Shown here in pieces: positions 38,154 through 48,032 of a stretch of DNA of 64,000 nucleotides; position 1 is the first letter of the stretch, and each line of letters begins with the position of its first letter. Where the stretch lies: assembly GCA_964015035.1 (NCBI GenBank), contig CAXHCA010000005.1:15645-79644 (forward strand), written 5' to 3'. Both the position numbers and the translations under genes were made by a program. The stretch comes from an uncultured Saprospiraceae bacterium (GTDB lineage Bacteria > Bacteroidota > Bacteroidia > Chitinophagales > Saprospiraceae). Below the pieces are notes generated by a model. It worked only from the letters and a program-made list of their open reading frames with translations. It searched no databases and had not been told where the DNA came from.

Positions 38154-41100
38154 ATGAAAAACAGTTATGTCCTTATGATTATAGTGGGTTTGTTGTTTTG
38201 CCTCAATGGGCGAGCGCAGCGAAGCAAACCGGCATTTCCCCCGAAAACGGAACCAACCCACTTTAAAGCAGAAGATTTTGTGCCCAACCCAAGGATACTC
38301 AAGGGGGTTCCAGTGGCGGCGCGGCCACTACCGAGCACACTATCTTATCAAGGGGTAGATCTGACAACGATCCCCGGCGCGGCGGTGCCACGCATGGAAG
38401 TAGTGGCTAAAGATGACCACGGGCTACCCATCTTTATTCGCGGTAAACTGGCGGAAAAACATCGCCAACTGCCCATTGAGGAGCAGGCTTATCTCTTTTT
38501 GGAAACGGTTAGTCATTTGACGAAAGTAAAAAATGCGCGTAGCGAATGGCAGGTAAAAGAAATGCATACCGATAATGTGGGGTTTACCCATCTTCGCATG
38601 CAGCAGGTGTACAAGGGGATACCCATTTACGGTAGCGAGATCCAACTGCATGCCCGCAATGGGGTGGTACAAACCTTCAACGGCCGCTACTATGCCACGC
38701 CACAATTGGAAAACCTGACGCCGCAACTGGATGAAGAAAATGCCCGGTTGTTGGTGAATGCTGATCTGGAAAACCTGACCAATGTGCGCGAGCTGAGCGA
38801 TTGGGAGAAACAATTTACGGTGGACGCACATGCTGCGCTGACCATCTATTGCGATCCAAAACAAGATGATGCACCAGTATTGGCTTGGCAAATTGAGGCC
38901 GTACCTAATTTGCTGGAACATTGGACCTATTTTGTCAATGCCGAGACGGGAGCAATTCTCCATCAACGGAAAAACACCTGTTCCTTTAGTCCACATCATT
39001 TGTATTACCCACAAGCCGATGTCTGTGCACCGGAGGTACATTTGGAAACCCCCAATCGGCTATCCATGGCGTCATCTTCAATGTTGCCTCCTGGCCCTAC
39101 TACGGCTACGGCGTTGGATTTGAAAGGTGAAACCCGGACGATCAATGTTTATGATGATAACGGCACCTACGTGCTGCTCGACGCAGGGCGGCAGATGTTT
39201 GATGCCTCTTCTTCGATACCGGATGATATGCGCGGGGCGATTTTGACGGTGACGGCCATGGGAACGCATCCTGCCAACAATGACTTTGGGGCAGAATATA
39301 TCCTTTCGGGGAATAACCAATGGAATGTACCTGGGGCCGTGAGTGCCCATTATCATGCCGGATTGTGTTATGAATATTACCGGCAAACGCATACGCGCAA
39401 TTCTATCAATGGACAGGGCGGCAACATTGTTTCCTTTATAAATGTATCTGAAACGGATGGCAATAATATGGACAATGCCTTTTGGAATGGCCAGGCGATG
39501 TTTTACGGGGAAGGCAATCAATATTTTGGCAGTCCGCTGCAAAAGTCATTGGATACGGGCGGCCATGAGATGACTCACGGGGTGGTGCAAAATACCGCCA
39601 ATCTGGTGTATGAAGGCCAGTCGGGCGCGCTGAATGAAAGTTTTGCCGATGTTTTTGGCGTGCTGATTGATCCGGTCAACTGGCAATTGGGCGAGGATAT
39701 TGTGAATAATTCTTTTTACCCCTCCGGCGCCTTGCGTGATATGTCGAACCCGAATCAGGGAGGCACTGGCCTGAGTTCGCCCGGTTGGCAGCCAGCCCAC
39801 ATGAATGAGTACCAAAACTTACCCAATACCCAACAGGGTGATAATGGTGGGGTGCACATTAATAGTGGAATTCCCAATCATGCCTTTTATCTGTATGCGA
39901 ATAGTGTGGGGTTGGCCAAAGCGGGTGCGACTTATTATCGGGCGTTGAGTGAATATTTGACCTTCAATTCTCAATTTATCGATGCGCGGTTAGCAGTGGT
40001 TCAGGCAGCAACGGACCTGTATGGCGGTAATTCTTCAGAAGTAAATGCGGCCAAATCGGCTTTTGATCAGGTGGGAATTAATAATGGGTCGGGCACGAGT
40101 GGTCCTACCGATTTAGAAATCAATCCTGGTTCTGATTTTATTCTGGCAACAGATGCCAACCTGGATGGCCTCTACCTCTATGATTTTAATGCGGTTCCAC
40201 AAATTTCTACTAGTTCCATTATTAGTCGGCCCAGTGTGTCGGATGATGGCTCTCTGATTGTTTTTGTGGCTGATGATAATACCTTGCGGTATATGGAGTA
40301 TAATCCAGGAGTGGGGGGCTATGAGGAGTTTTATTTGGAAAATAATCCGCAAACCATCTGGCGGAATGCCGCCATTTCTAAAGATGGTAGCAAACTAGCT
40401 GCCCTGACCACAGATAACGACAATTTCATTTTCATTTTTGATTTTAATACCGGGCAGGGACTCACCTTTGAGTTGTACAATCCGACCTCCGCACAAGGGG
40501 TCTCTACCGGTGATGTACAATATGCCGATTTCATCGAATGGGATTATTCCGGCGAGCGTATCCTTTATGATGCTTATAATGTCTTGGAATCCGATTTTGG
40601 CAATACCAGTGATTACTGGGACATCGGAATGTTACGGGTTTGGGATAATGGCGCTAACGATTTTGATGACGGTTTTATCTTCAAAATTTTTAATGGCCTG
40701 CCCGATAATACTAGTGTAGGAAACCCCACTTTTGCCAAAAACAGTCCGTTGGTCGTTGCGCTGGATTTTATCGGTGATGCACAGAGTTTTTCAGATTTTA
40801 CCATTCTAGGGGTAGATTTATTGGCTGGTGATGTAGGGGAAATTTACCAAATGGACAATTTGGGGTATCCCAATTATTCGGTCAACGATCAGCAGTTGAT
40901 TTTTGATGTTGAGAATTTTAGCAATGGCAATAATCTGGAGTTCATTAACCTGAATGCGGATAAGATTACCTCCAATGGTAGTCCACAGGTCATTTTGCAA
41001 GGAGGTAAATGGGGCGTATGGTTTGCCACTGGCGAGCGTGAACTGGTGGGGACAAAAGATCCATCTGGATTGAATGAGCAAATGTTGGTGATGCCCAACC

Positions 41101-41324
41101 CGGTGAAAGATGCCGCGACTTTACGCTTTATTGCTGAACAAAATGGCCTAGCTCAGATTGAAGTTTTTGACCTGCTGGGACAACATTTGCAGCAACAACA
41201 GGAGGTGGTGGTGCCTGGTGAAAATCAGCTTGAATTGAACTTGATGAATTTACCTGCGGGTACTTACTGGGTGCGCTTGAGTATGAATGGCGCAACGGGA
41301 ACGGTGAGTGTGGTGAAGGAGTAG
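38154..41324 (+). CDS. M4 (thermolysin-like) zinc metalloprotease with propeptide, PD40/beta-propeller-like extension and T9SS C-terminal domain
   Basis: HEMTH at 39564-39578 and a downstream GALNESFADVFG block. FTP/PepSY-like propeptide. DDGSLIVF/SKDGSKLA propeller-type repeats. C-terminal MPNPVKD...GTYWVRLSMNGATGTVSVVKE tail. Confidence 0.9.
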   Translation: MKNSYVLMIIVGLLFCLNGRAQRSKPAFPPKTEPTHFKAEDFVPNPRILKGVPVAARPLPSTLSYQGVDLTTIPGAAVPRMEVVAKDDHGLPIFIRGKLAEKHRQLPIEEQAYLFLETVSHLTKVKNARSEWQVKEMHTDNVGFTHLRMQQVYKGIPIYGSEIQLHARNGVVQTFNGRYYATPQLENLTPQLDEENARLLVNADLENLTNVRELSDWEKQFTVDAHAALTIYCDPKQDDAPVLAWQIEAVPNLLEHWTYFVNAETGAILHQRKNTCSFSPHHLYYPQADVCAPEVHLETPNRLSMASSSMLPPGPTTATALDLKGETRTINVYDDNGTYVLLDAGRQMFDASSSIPDDMRGAILTVTAMGTHPANNDFGAEYILSGNNQWNVPGAVSAHYHAGLCYEYYRQTHTRNSINGQGGNIVSFINVSETDGNNMDNAFWNGQAMFYGEGNQYFGSPLQKSLDTGGHEMTHGVVQNTANLVYEGQSGALNESFADVFGVLIDPVNWQLGEDIVNNSFYPSGALRDMSNPNQGGTGLSSPGWQPAHMNEYQNLPNTQQGDNGGVHINSGIPNHAFYLYANSVGLAKAGATYYRALSEYLTFNSQFIDARLAVVQAATDLYGGNSSEVNAAKSAFDQVGINNGSGTSGPTDLEINPGSDFILATDANLDGLYLYDFNAVPQISTSSIISRPSVSDDGSLIVFVADDNTLRYMEYNPGVGGYEEFYLENNPQTIWRNAAISKDGSKLAALTTDNDNFIFIFDFNTGQGLTFELYNPTSAQGVSTGDVQYADFIEWDYSGERILYDAYNVLESDFGNTSDYWDIGMLRVWDNGANDFDDGFIFKIFNGLPDNTSVGNPTFAKNSPLVVALDFIGDAQSFSDFTILGVDLLAGDVGEIYQMDNLGYPNYSVNDQQLIFDVENFSNGNNLEFINLNADKITSNGSPQVILQGGKWGVWFATGERELVGTKDPSGLNEQMLVMPNPVKDAATLRFIAEQNGLAQIEVFDLLGQHLQQQQEVVVPGENQLELNLMNLPAGTYWVRLSMNGATGTVSVVKE

Positions 41325-41400
41325 AGAGGCGGCATGCCGAGCAACCTTAGGTGTATGAAAAGGAATCGCCTATCTGGCGGTTTTATTTGAGTGCATGTTT

Positions 41401-41560
41401 GGAGGTAGTCAATCAGTCCCGGTAAAACCGGGATTTTGATACCTCTTTTTGGCTGTTTTTTCGTCCGTCTCGGCTGAGCCGAGATGCACTCAAAAATGAG
41501 CCTTGCGAGAACCCAAAATCTGCAATTTTCGCGGCTAAAGCACCACCTCCAAACAAGCAC
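41401..41560 (+). mobile_element. MITE family A, copy 2 (160 bp)
   Basis: Same TIRs (gtgcatgtttggaggtagtc ... caccacctccaaacaagcac). Flanks are TGA/TTA (imperfect). Lacks a ~30-nt segment present in copy 1. Confidence 0.75.
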
Positions 41561-41788
41561 TTACAATCCGGGGCACTGGCATCAAGGATTCGGAGGACGA
41601 ATAGGAATATACTCCGGAGTGCGGCCTACTTGATGTTTTTATCCATTAAACTCCCGCCAAAAATCCAGTAAAATCAGTCTCTCTGGCTTTTTTTTAAAAA
41701 AAATCTCAAAAAAAGTGATTTTTCATGATGACCTTTTTGATTTCCTGCGATACAGGGGTAAATAATCAAAAATAAAAAACCATAGATC

Positions 41789-42952
41789 ATGAAAATCACG
41801 AAGCTTATTTCTTACAGCGTTTTGGTTGTAGTTATTGCCGCTTATGCCGCCTTTAGTACTGAAGAATATGGAATGGAGGATGGGTACTACGCCGAAGATG
41901 GTTATTATGAGGAATACGGCAATGACGGATATGCAGCAGAAAATTACAATAATGAACAAGGCAGTGCCTATCAAGAGCAAAACAGCTACCAGGCTCAGCC
42001 GGTAGCCAATAGAACCTCCCGCAGTAATGGTGGTGGCCGTGTGGTTGAGCATGCCATTAAAGATCCTAAAACCGGAATGGTTTCTTGTACGTTACCATTG
42101 CCTTCCAATTGGAAAGTAGGCTCCAATGGCATCAGCAGTCCTAACGGTTCGGTGGTGAGAGATCAGAAGGGAGCGATGTATACAGAGCAGATGCGCCGGG
42201 TAAATTCCATTGATCAGATCATTCAGCAGGATGTGATTCCCAATATTCGCCAGAATGGCGGACAGGTGTTGGGGTCTTTTGATCTGCCGGAAGTGTCGCG
42301 TCGGGATCAGCAAAACTACGCCATGTACTGGCAAGCTATGCCTGCGCAAAATATTCATCAGGCGAAAGCTATTGAAGCAAAGGATGCACAGGGCAATCCC
42401 AACCTGATTGTGATCCATTTCACCCTTACTCGCTCACAGTATGGCAATATGGCTTTCTATTACGGCAATGTGATGACTTCCAATGCCGCAGCCTATGAGC
42501 AGGATAAAAAAGCTCTTTTATACGGCTTGGCCAATATGAAATTGAATCCTCAGCAGGTGGCCGTACACAACAGAAATGAGCAGCAGAAATCTCAGGCAAG
42601 TTGGAGTGCCCACAACCAGAAAATGCGCGCCAATCAGGCCAATTTTGATGCCTGGAACAAAACCCACCAGGAAACTTATAATGCCATCAACAAAGCGTCT
42701 ATGGACAGCTACTGGGCCAGAAGCAATTCCTCTGACAGAATGCATGACAAAGTGGTAGACGGAATCTGGGAGCGTCAGAATGCTATTGATCCCTACAATG
42801 GCCAACAGGTAAAGGTGGATGCCGGATACAACAATTACTATATGAACAACTACAACGAATACATTGGTACGGATGATGAATTCTACAAGCCAAATATGGA
42901 TCCCAATGTAAACAACACGGAATGGAGAGCCGTCGAGGACGGTGGATATTGA
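41789..42952 (+). CDS. Hypothetical exported/anchored protein, Tyr/Asn/Gln-rich
   Basis: N-terminal hydrophobic segment, then an acidic Tyr-rich low-complexity tract (EDGYYAEDGYYEEYGNDGYAAENYNNEQ). The remainder is Q/N-rich with no recognised motif. Confidence 0.6.
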   Translation: MKITKLISYSVLVVVIAAYAAFSTEEYGMEDGYYAEDGYYEEYGNDGYAAENYNNEQGSAYQEQNSYQAQPVANRTSRSNGGGRVVEHAIKDPKTGMVSCTLPLPSNWKVGSNGISSPNGSVVRDQKGAMYTEQMRRVNSIDQIIQQDVIPNIRQNGGQVLGSFDLPEVSRRDQQNYAMYWQAMPAQNIHQAKAIEAKDAQGNPNLIVIHFTLTRSQYGNMAFYYGNVMTSNAAAYEQDKKALLYGLANMKLNPQQVAVHNRNEQQKSQASWSAHNQKMRANQANFDAWNKTHQETYNAINKASMDSYWARSNSSDRMHDKVVDGIWERQNAIDPYNGQQVKVDAGYNNYYMNNYNEYIGTDDEFYKPNMDPNVNNTEWRAVEDGGY

Positions 42953-42966
42953 TAAATGTAATTTCC

Positions 42967-43018
42967 CTCGCAAGGACGCTTAGAGGAAAGGCTTTTAGGC
43001 GTCTTTGCGAGTTTTTTT
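42967..43018 (+). terminator. Intrinsic terminator
   Basis: 13-bp stem ctcgcaaggacgc/gcgtctttgcgag (one G-U pair) followed by seven Ts (43012-43018). Confidence 0.6.
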
Positions 43019-43169
43019 GCTCTGGTGACTTTTACCCTTTTAGCTTGAGTGCTTGGCGGCCAATTTTTGATCTTCAATTAAGCACTGAAATCGCTTTTGG
43101 ATATCTCACTGTGCGGGCCTATATTTGAGAGGAAAGTGTGTTACACAAAAACCTCATAAGCATTAGTCC

Positions 43170-43718
43170 GTGACCGACCAGGAAATATTTGAAGGCATCG
43201 CTCGCAAAGACAATCAGACCTTTTTATTCCTTTATCAGGAACATCAGGGCCAGATTTTGCGAATGGTGCAAAAGAACAGTGGAAATGAAGCCGACGCGCA
43301 CGATATCTTTCAGGAAGGATTGGTGGCACTCTGGACGAATATTTCACGAGGTAAATTTGTGCAAAAAGACAATGCCAAGATTTCGACTTACCTGTATACG
43401 TTGTGCCGGAACATCTGGATTAGCCGTTTGAGAAAAAGAAAAAATATACTATCGATCGATAAGCGCCCACATCTGGAGGTAGCGGCGGAAGTGGATGAAA
43501 TGGAGGCGCAATACGACCAGATTGCGATGCTGGAAAATCAATTTGCCAAACTCGGCGATGCCTGCAGGAAGATCTTGACGCTTTTTTATTATCAAAAAGC
43601 CGCCCTGAAGGAGATTGCGGAGCTTATGCAGATCACGGAGAAGACCGCCAAAAACACCAAATATCGCTGTATGCAAAATTTGCGTACCATTTATGAAACA
43701 GAAACTCAAGGACAATGA
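43170..43718 (+). CDS. ECF-type RNA polymerase sigma factor
   Basis: GTG start. Region 2 (DIFQEGLVALW...YLYTLCRNIWISRLRKR) and region 4 (ALKEIAELMQITEKTAKNTKYRCMQNL). Confidence 0.85.
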   Translation: MTDQEIFEGIARKDNQTFLFLYQEHQGQILRMVQKNSGNEADAHDIFQEGLVALWTNISRGKFVQKDNAKISTYLYTLCRNIWISRLRKRKNILSIDKRPHLEVAAEVDEMEAQYDQIAMLENQFAKLGDACRKILTLFYYQKAALKEIAELMQITEKTAKNTKYRCMQNLRTIYETETQGQ

Positions 43719-44440
43719 AAGAGGAATTAATGGAGCGGATCGAAGCTTTCCTGGACGGTAAAATCAGTCGGGAGGAATTGCAACGGGACGCCGATGCCTT
43801 GGGGGAAACGGATTTGCAGGAAAAAATCACATGGTTTACAAATACCCAAACGGCCATTGAAGCGGCAGGCTTGCGCAACCAATTGCAAGATATTTTACCC
43901 AAACCTCAACATAAAGAAGCCAAGGTAGTCAGGTTTACCCGCAACCGCTGGACATGGGCTATTGCGGCTTCTCTGCTTTTACTAGTGGTGGCCTATTGGG
44001 GCGTCAACAACTTTTCCAACCCTGGCCTTTACGCCGAATATGAATACGTTGATCCGGGCTTGCCCGTGTTGATGAGCCAGTCGGACGACTACCAACTCTA
44101 CGATGCATTGACTTATTATAGTGAAGGCAATTATGCGGTAGCAGAAGAAAAATTACTACAAATTGAGGAACAATCTCCAGCGAGCGATACACTGGTTTAT
44201 TATTTGGGGGCCAGTCAGCTCTACCAGGGAAAAACCACTGCTGCCGAAGGGAATTTGTCTAAGGTGGCCAATGTTGAAAATTCTAAGTTTGTACAGCGAG
44301 CAGAATGGCTCCTGATCCTGGTGGCATTAAAGGAACAGCATATGGAAAAGGCCAAACAATTATTGCAGCAAATCCTGGCTACACCGGATCACGAATTTTT
44401 GCAACAGGCCCAAAGTTTACAAAAAGAGTTGGGGGAATGA
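43715..44440 (+). CDS. Anti-sigma-factor-like single-pass membrane protein with TPR-like outer domain
   Basis: ATGA overlap with the sigma gene. Short cytoplasmic N-domain, TM WTWAIAASLLLLVVAYWGV and a helical-repeat C-domain. Confidence 0.6.
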   Translation: MKEELMERIEAFLDGKISREELQRDADALGETDLQEKITWFTNTQTAIEAAGLRNQLQDILPKPQHKEAKVVRFTRNRWTWAIAASLLLLVVAYWGVNNFSNPGLYAEYEYVDPGLPVLMSQSDDYQLYDALTYYSEGNYAVAEEKLLQIEEQSPASDTLVYYLGASQLYQGKTTAAEGNLSKVANVENSKFVQRAEWLLILVALKEQHMEKAKQLLQQILATPDHEFLQQAQSLQKELGE

Positions 44441-47400
44441 CGGTTGTTTTTCCACATCAACTGGTCTTGAAGTTTTGGTCTTGTTGCCTGTGTTTACTTC
44501 TGCCTATTATTGGCTACAGCCAAAAACCGCAAGAACTACTAGAAAATGCTATCGGCTATTATAAATCGGATCAACTTGATTCGGCCCGCCATTTTTACCA
44601 ACTTGCTTATCAAACAACGGATGCCGACATTCAACTGCAAGCGGTAGAAGGGTTGGTTAAAGTGGCGATACTGAAAGCGGAGTTGGGAAGAGCAGATTCC
44701 CTACTTCAAATTGGTGATGACTTGATCGAAAATAAAACGGTTGGCCCAGCCGCTATTTGTGAATTTGAAACTGCCAGAGGGGAGTATTATCGAAGTAATT
44801 CGCAATTTGAAAAAGCACTCGCCCAACACCGGGCGGTGATTCAGAAAAGTGCCGATCTGGAAGGAGGCGAAGTGATTCACGCTTATGCTTTGTATTATAC
44901 CGGGCTTACTTTTGAGCGTTTAGGAACTTATGATTCCAGTTTGATCTATGTCAATCGGGCTTATCAAATCTTTCGGGAACAACTGGATACGACGAGTCTT
45001 GAATTTAGTGGTATCTACAACGGTCTGGGGGTGTGTCATTATCGCGCCAATCGGCTGGAAGAGGCCAAATTTTTTTACCTAAAATCTAAGGCCATTGCTG
45101 AAGAAAAACTGGGGCCGGTTTCCAGTGATTTGGCGATGTGTTTGAATAACCTTTCGTCCATATTTCGGGCGGAAGAAAATTACCAACAAGCCATTCAGTA
45201 TAGCGAGCAGGCGCTAAAAATTTCGCGGGCACTCAAAGACGAAGCCAGTATCTCCAGTGCCTATTATGCCTTGGGGGTTTACCATTATTTTATGGGCGAT
45301 TACGGTCGAACGAAAGATTATATGGAAGCCTGCATTGCCATTCGCGAACGGTTGTACGATGCCAATCACTATTCTCTGATCGGACCGTATGAAGTGTTGG
45401 GGATTGCGGAAGAAGAATCGGGTAATTATCAGCAAACACTTTATTGTTTGAGGAAGGTACGGAGAAAAATCAAGGCCAATTATGGGCCGGGAAGCCTGGT
45501 GGAGGGGTTTAATTATGAAAATACGGCCATCTGTTTCAAAACGGTAAACCAATTGGATTCAGCATTGCATTACATCCAGTTGGCCAGTCAAATTATCCCC
45601 GTGCTAGCTCCCGAAAATGACTATTCTGTCGGCGTGCACTACTTCAATTATGGCAATATTTTGTACCTGCAGGGGAAACTGGAAAAAGCCGAACAGATGG
45701 TGGAGAAATCCATGGCCATTTATCAAGCCGTTGGGTTGGACCACACTACGGAATATGCTCAGAATTTAACGTTGCAAGGACTAATTGCTGCGGAACAGGC
45801 TAACTGGACAAAGGCCGATCAACTGTTTCAGATGGCGTTGGAAATCGTTCGTTTACCATCGGGTGCGTTGGAAGGCGAGGGGTATCAAATGAGACCAAAT
45901 ACCCTTAGTGTGTTGCACGAATATTTGCAATACTTGATCACCAAATATCAAGCTGATGTAGCGCCAGGAGTTTTGAAACAATTTGAAAAATTTTCGGCCA
46001 TTTACCTCGATCTTTCCGATGATTTTAGAAAGCAATTTCACGATCCCTATACCAAAAGTGTATTGATCAAGGATAATGCCACAGTGTACAAAAGAATCAT
46101 TGGCTTTTATCAACAGTTGTATCGAAAAACCGGGCATGAAAAATACCTGAAAGCGGTCTATCAATTTTCAGAAAATGGGCGCACCTGTCTGCTACGCGAT
46201 TTGCAGGATGATAAAATTAAATCCTATGCCGGAATCCCGGATTCTGTGGTGCAAAAGGAACTGGCTTTGAAAAATGAGCTGACCCGCCTGAATCAACAAT
46301 TGCTAGAAAATCCGGCGTCGGACACAGTGAAGAGAGCCCTGTTTGCCAGCAAGGAGGCTTTTAATGCGCACCTAGACCAAACCTTAAAAGCTTATCCCAA
46401 ATATTACGACCTGAAATTCAATTCCAAAATTCCGGATTTAGCCGCGGTTCAAGCCCAATTAGACCAAAGGGCGCTGATTGAATATCTCGAAGATGATACA
46501 GCCTATTATGCGCTGGTTATTCAGCTGGATGCCGCGGAATTACTTCATTTGGGTAACCGACAAAAGATCAATGAAACCGTGGCGGACTGGAAGCGAGCTT
46601 TGGTGTCACAAGAGAAAAAGCAGCTCGATCAAACGGGAAGGATCTTGTATCAAAAACTATGGCAGCCGCTGGCCGAAAAACTGTCTGGGGAGCGCGTCAT
46701 CATTATTCCTTCGGGAACTTTATTTTACCTCAATTTTGAAACTTTGCCGACCGGCAATGCAAGTGCCCCTTTTCTGATTTATGACTACAACATTTCCTAT
46801 GCGCTTTCCATTAATGTGTTGTTGTCAAAAGTACCCCAAAGCAGCAAAAAAGGGTTGCTGGCAGTGGTGCCGGGTTTTGAGGATGACATTAAGCTGGCTT
46901 ATCGCAATCAGCGGGACACGATAGAGCCAATTGACGACAATTTTCTCCATACCATCCGTCAACCTTGGTCATTGAAGTTGGCCAATAGTTTGAAACAAAA
47001 ATTTGACAATCAGGCGTATATCGGGCTACAGGCCACGGAATCCAATCTCAAAAAGAATATTCATAAGGGCCGTATCTTATATTTTGGCACTCACGCCATT
47101 GCCAATGCCTCGGATCCACTACGCTCCAAGCTGGTATTGGCCAAAGAGGCAGGTGCGCAAGAGGAGGATGGTTATTTGCATGCTTATGAATTGTATGGCT
47201 TGCCGCTGGAGGCGGAATTGGCGGTGCTCAATGCCTGTGAAAGTGGTCTGGGAGAATTGCAAGAAGGCGAGGGAATGATTTCTTTGGCCTACAGCATTCA
47301 CTACGCCGGTTGTCCAAGCACCGTAATGTCCTTGTGGAAAGTGGATGAAAAAGTGAGCACTCAGATCACTGAAAAATTTCTGGATTATCTGGCAGACGGG

Positions 47401-47616
47401 TATACCAAAAGTGGAGCATTGCGCCAGGCCAAGCTGGACTACCTCGGGTCAGCCAATGCAGTTCTGCAACATCCTTTCTTTTGGGGAGGCATGGTTTTGA
47501 TGGGACAGGATGGTGTAGTATCGTTTCAGCGCAGGTGGCCAAAACGGCTCTGGTTTGCAGGACTTGGCTTTTTGTTGCTAGTAGTAGGCATTTGGGCAGC
47601 GCGAAGAGTGCGCTAG
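44437..47616 (+). CDS. Exported TPR-repeat CHAT-domain protease with C-terminal membrane anchor
   Basis: ATGA overlap with the upstream gene. Signal peptide from the Met at 44437 and multiple TPRs. CHAT dyad: His in YFGTHAIAN (47092-47094) and Cys in LNACESG (47236-47238). C-terminal TM LWFAGLGFLLLVVGIWAA. Confidence 0.85.
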   Translation: MTVVFPHQLVLKFWSCCLCLLLPIIGYSQKPQELLENAIGYYKSDQLDSARHFYQLAYQTTDADIQLQAVEGLVKVAILKAELGRADSLLQIGDDLIENKTVGPAAICEFETARGEYYRSNSQFEKALAQHRAVIQKSADLEGGEVIHAYALYYTGLTFERLGTYDSSLIYVNRAYQIFREQLDTTSLEFSGIYNGLGVCHYRANRLEEAKFFYLKSKAIAEEKLGPVSSDLAMCLNNLSSIFRAEENYQQAIQYSEQALKISRALKDEASISSAYYALGVYHYFMGDYGRTKDYMEACIAIRERLYDANHYSLIGPYEVLGIAEEESGNYQQTLYCLRKVRRKIKANYGPGSLVEGFNYENTAICFKTVNQLDSALHYIQLASQIIPVLAPENDYSVGVHYFNYGNILYLQGKLEKAEQMVEKSMAIYQAVGLDHTTEYAQNLTLQGLIAAEQANWTKADQLFQMALEIVRLPSGALEGEGYQMRPNTLSVLHEYLQYLITKYQADVAPGVLKQFEKFSAIYLDLSDDFRKQFHDPYTKSVLIKDNATVYKRIIGFYQQLYRKTGHEKYLKAVYQFSENGRTCLLRDLQDDKIKSYAGIPDSVVQKELALKNELTRLNQQLLENPASDTVKRALFASKEAFNAHLDQTLKAYPKYYDLKFNSKIPDLAAVQAQLDQRALIEYLEDDTAYYALVIQLDAAELLHLGNRQKINETVADWKRALVSQEKKQLDQTGRILYQKLWQPLAEKLSGERVIIIPSGTLFYLNFETLPTGNASAPFLIYDYNISYALSINVLLSKVPQSSKKGLLAVVPGFEDDIKLAYRNQRDTIEPIDDNFLHTIRQPWSLKLANSLKQKFDNQAYIGLQATESNLKKNIHKGRILYFGTHAIANASDPLRSKLVLAKEAGAQEEDGYLHAYELYGLPLEAELAVLNACESGLGELQEGEGMISLAYSIHYAGCPSTVMSLWKVDEKVSTQITEKFLDYLADGYTKSGALRQAKLDYLGSANAVLQHPFFWGGMVLMGQDGVVSFQRRWPKRLWFAGLGFLLLVVGIWAARRVR

Positions 47617-47621
47617 GAAGA

Positions 47622-48032
47622 TTATCGCGCCGGATATTCTACATAATTGCGGGGTGTTTCATAAAGCCGTACACCCACCTCATAGCGATCATCCAGGTGC
47701 GTGGTGAGGATTTGCCAAATGACGTAACAAATGTGCTCGGCAGTAGGGTTGAGGTTTTTAAATTCTTCGGTGTCCAGATTGAGGTTTTTGTGGTCAAAGC
47801 GCAATTCCACTTCTCGATAAATCAAATCCTTCAATATCTTTAAATCGATGAGAAAACCCGTTTCAGGGTCCACCTCTCCCGACACCCTCACTTCCAAATC
47901 ATAATTATGGCCATGGTAATTGGGGCTATTGCAAAGACCAAAAACTTCGCGGTTTTTCTCATCACTCCAAGCGGGGTTATGCAAGCGGTGGGCGGCATTG
48001 AAGTGGGCCTTTCTGTAAATGGAAACTCTCAT
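47622..48032 (-). CDS. queD: 6-carboxy-5,6,7,8-tetrahydropterin synthase
   Basis: 136 aa with PTPS/QueD signature CNSPNYHGHNY. Confidence 0.9.
   Translation of the reverse strand: MRVSIYRKAHFNAAHRLHNPAWSDEKNREVFGLCNSPNYHGHNYDLEVRVSGEVDPETGFLIDLKILKDLIYREVELRFDHKNLNLDTEEFKNLNPTAEHICYVIWQILTTHLDDRYEVGVRLYETPRNYVEYPAR

Noticed and set aside
35559-41324. Kazal-domain protein and M4 protease as a cognate inhibitor-protease pair
   Set aside because: Kazal domains inhibit serine proteases, not thermolysin-like metalloproteases. The proximity is better explained as a cluster of T9SS cargo genes.
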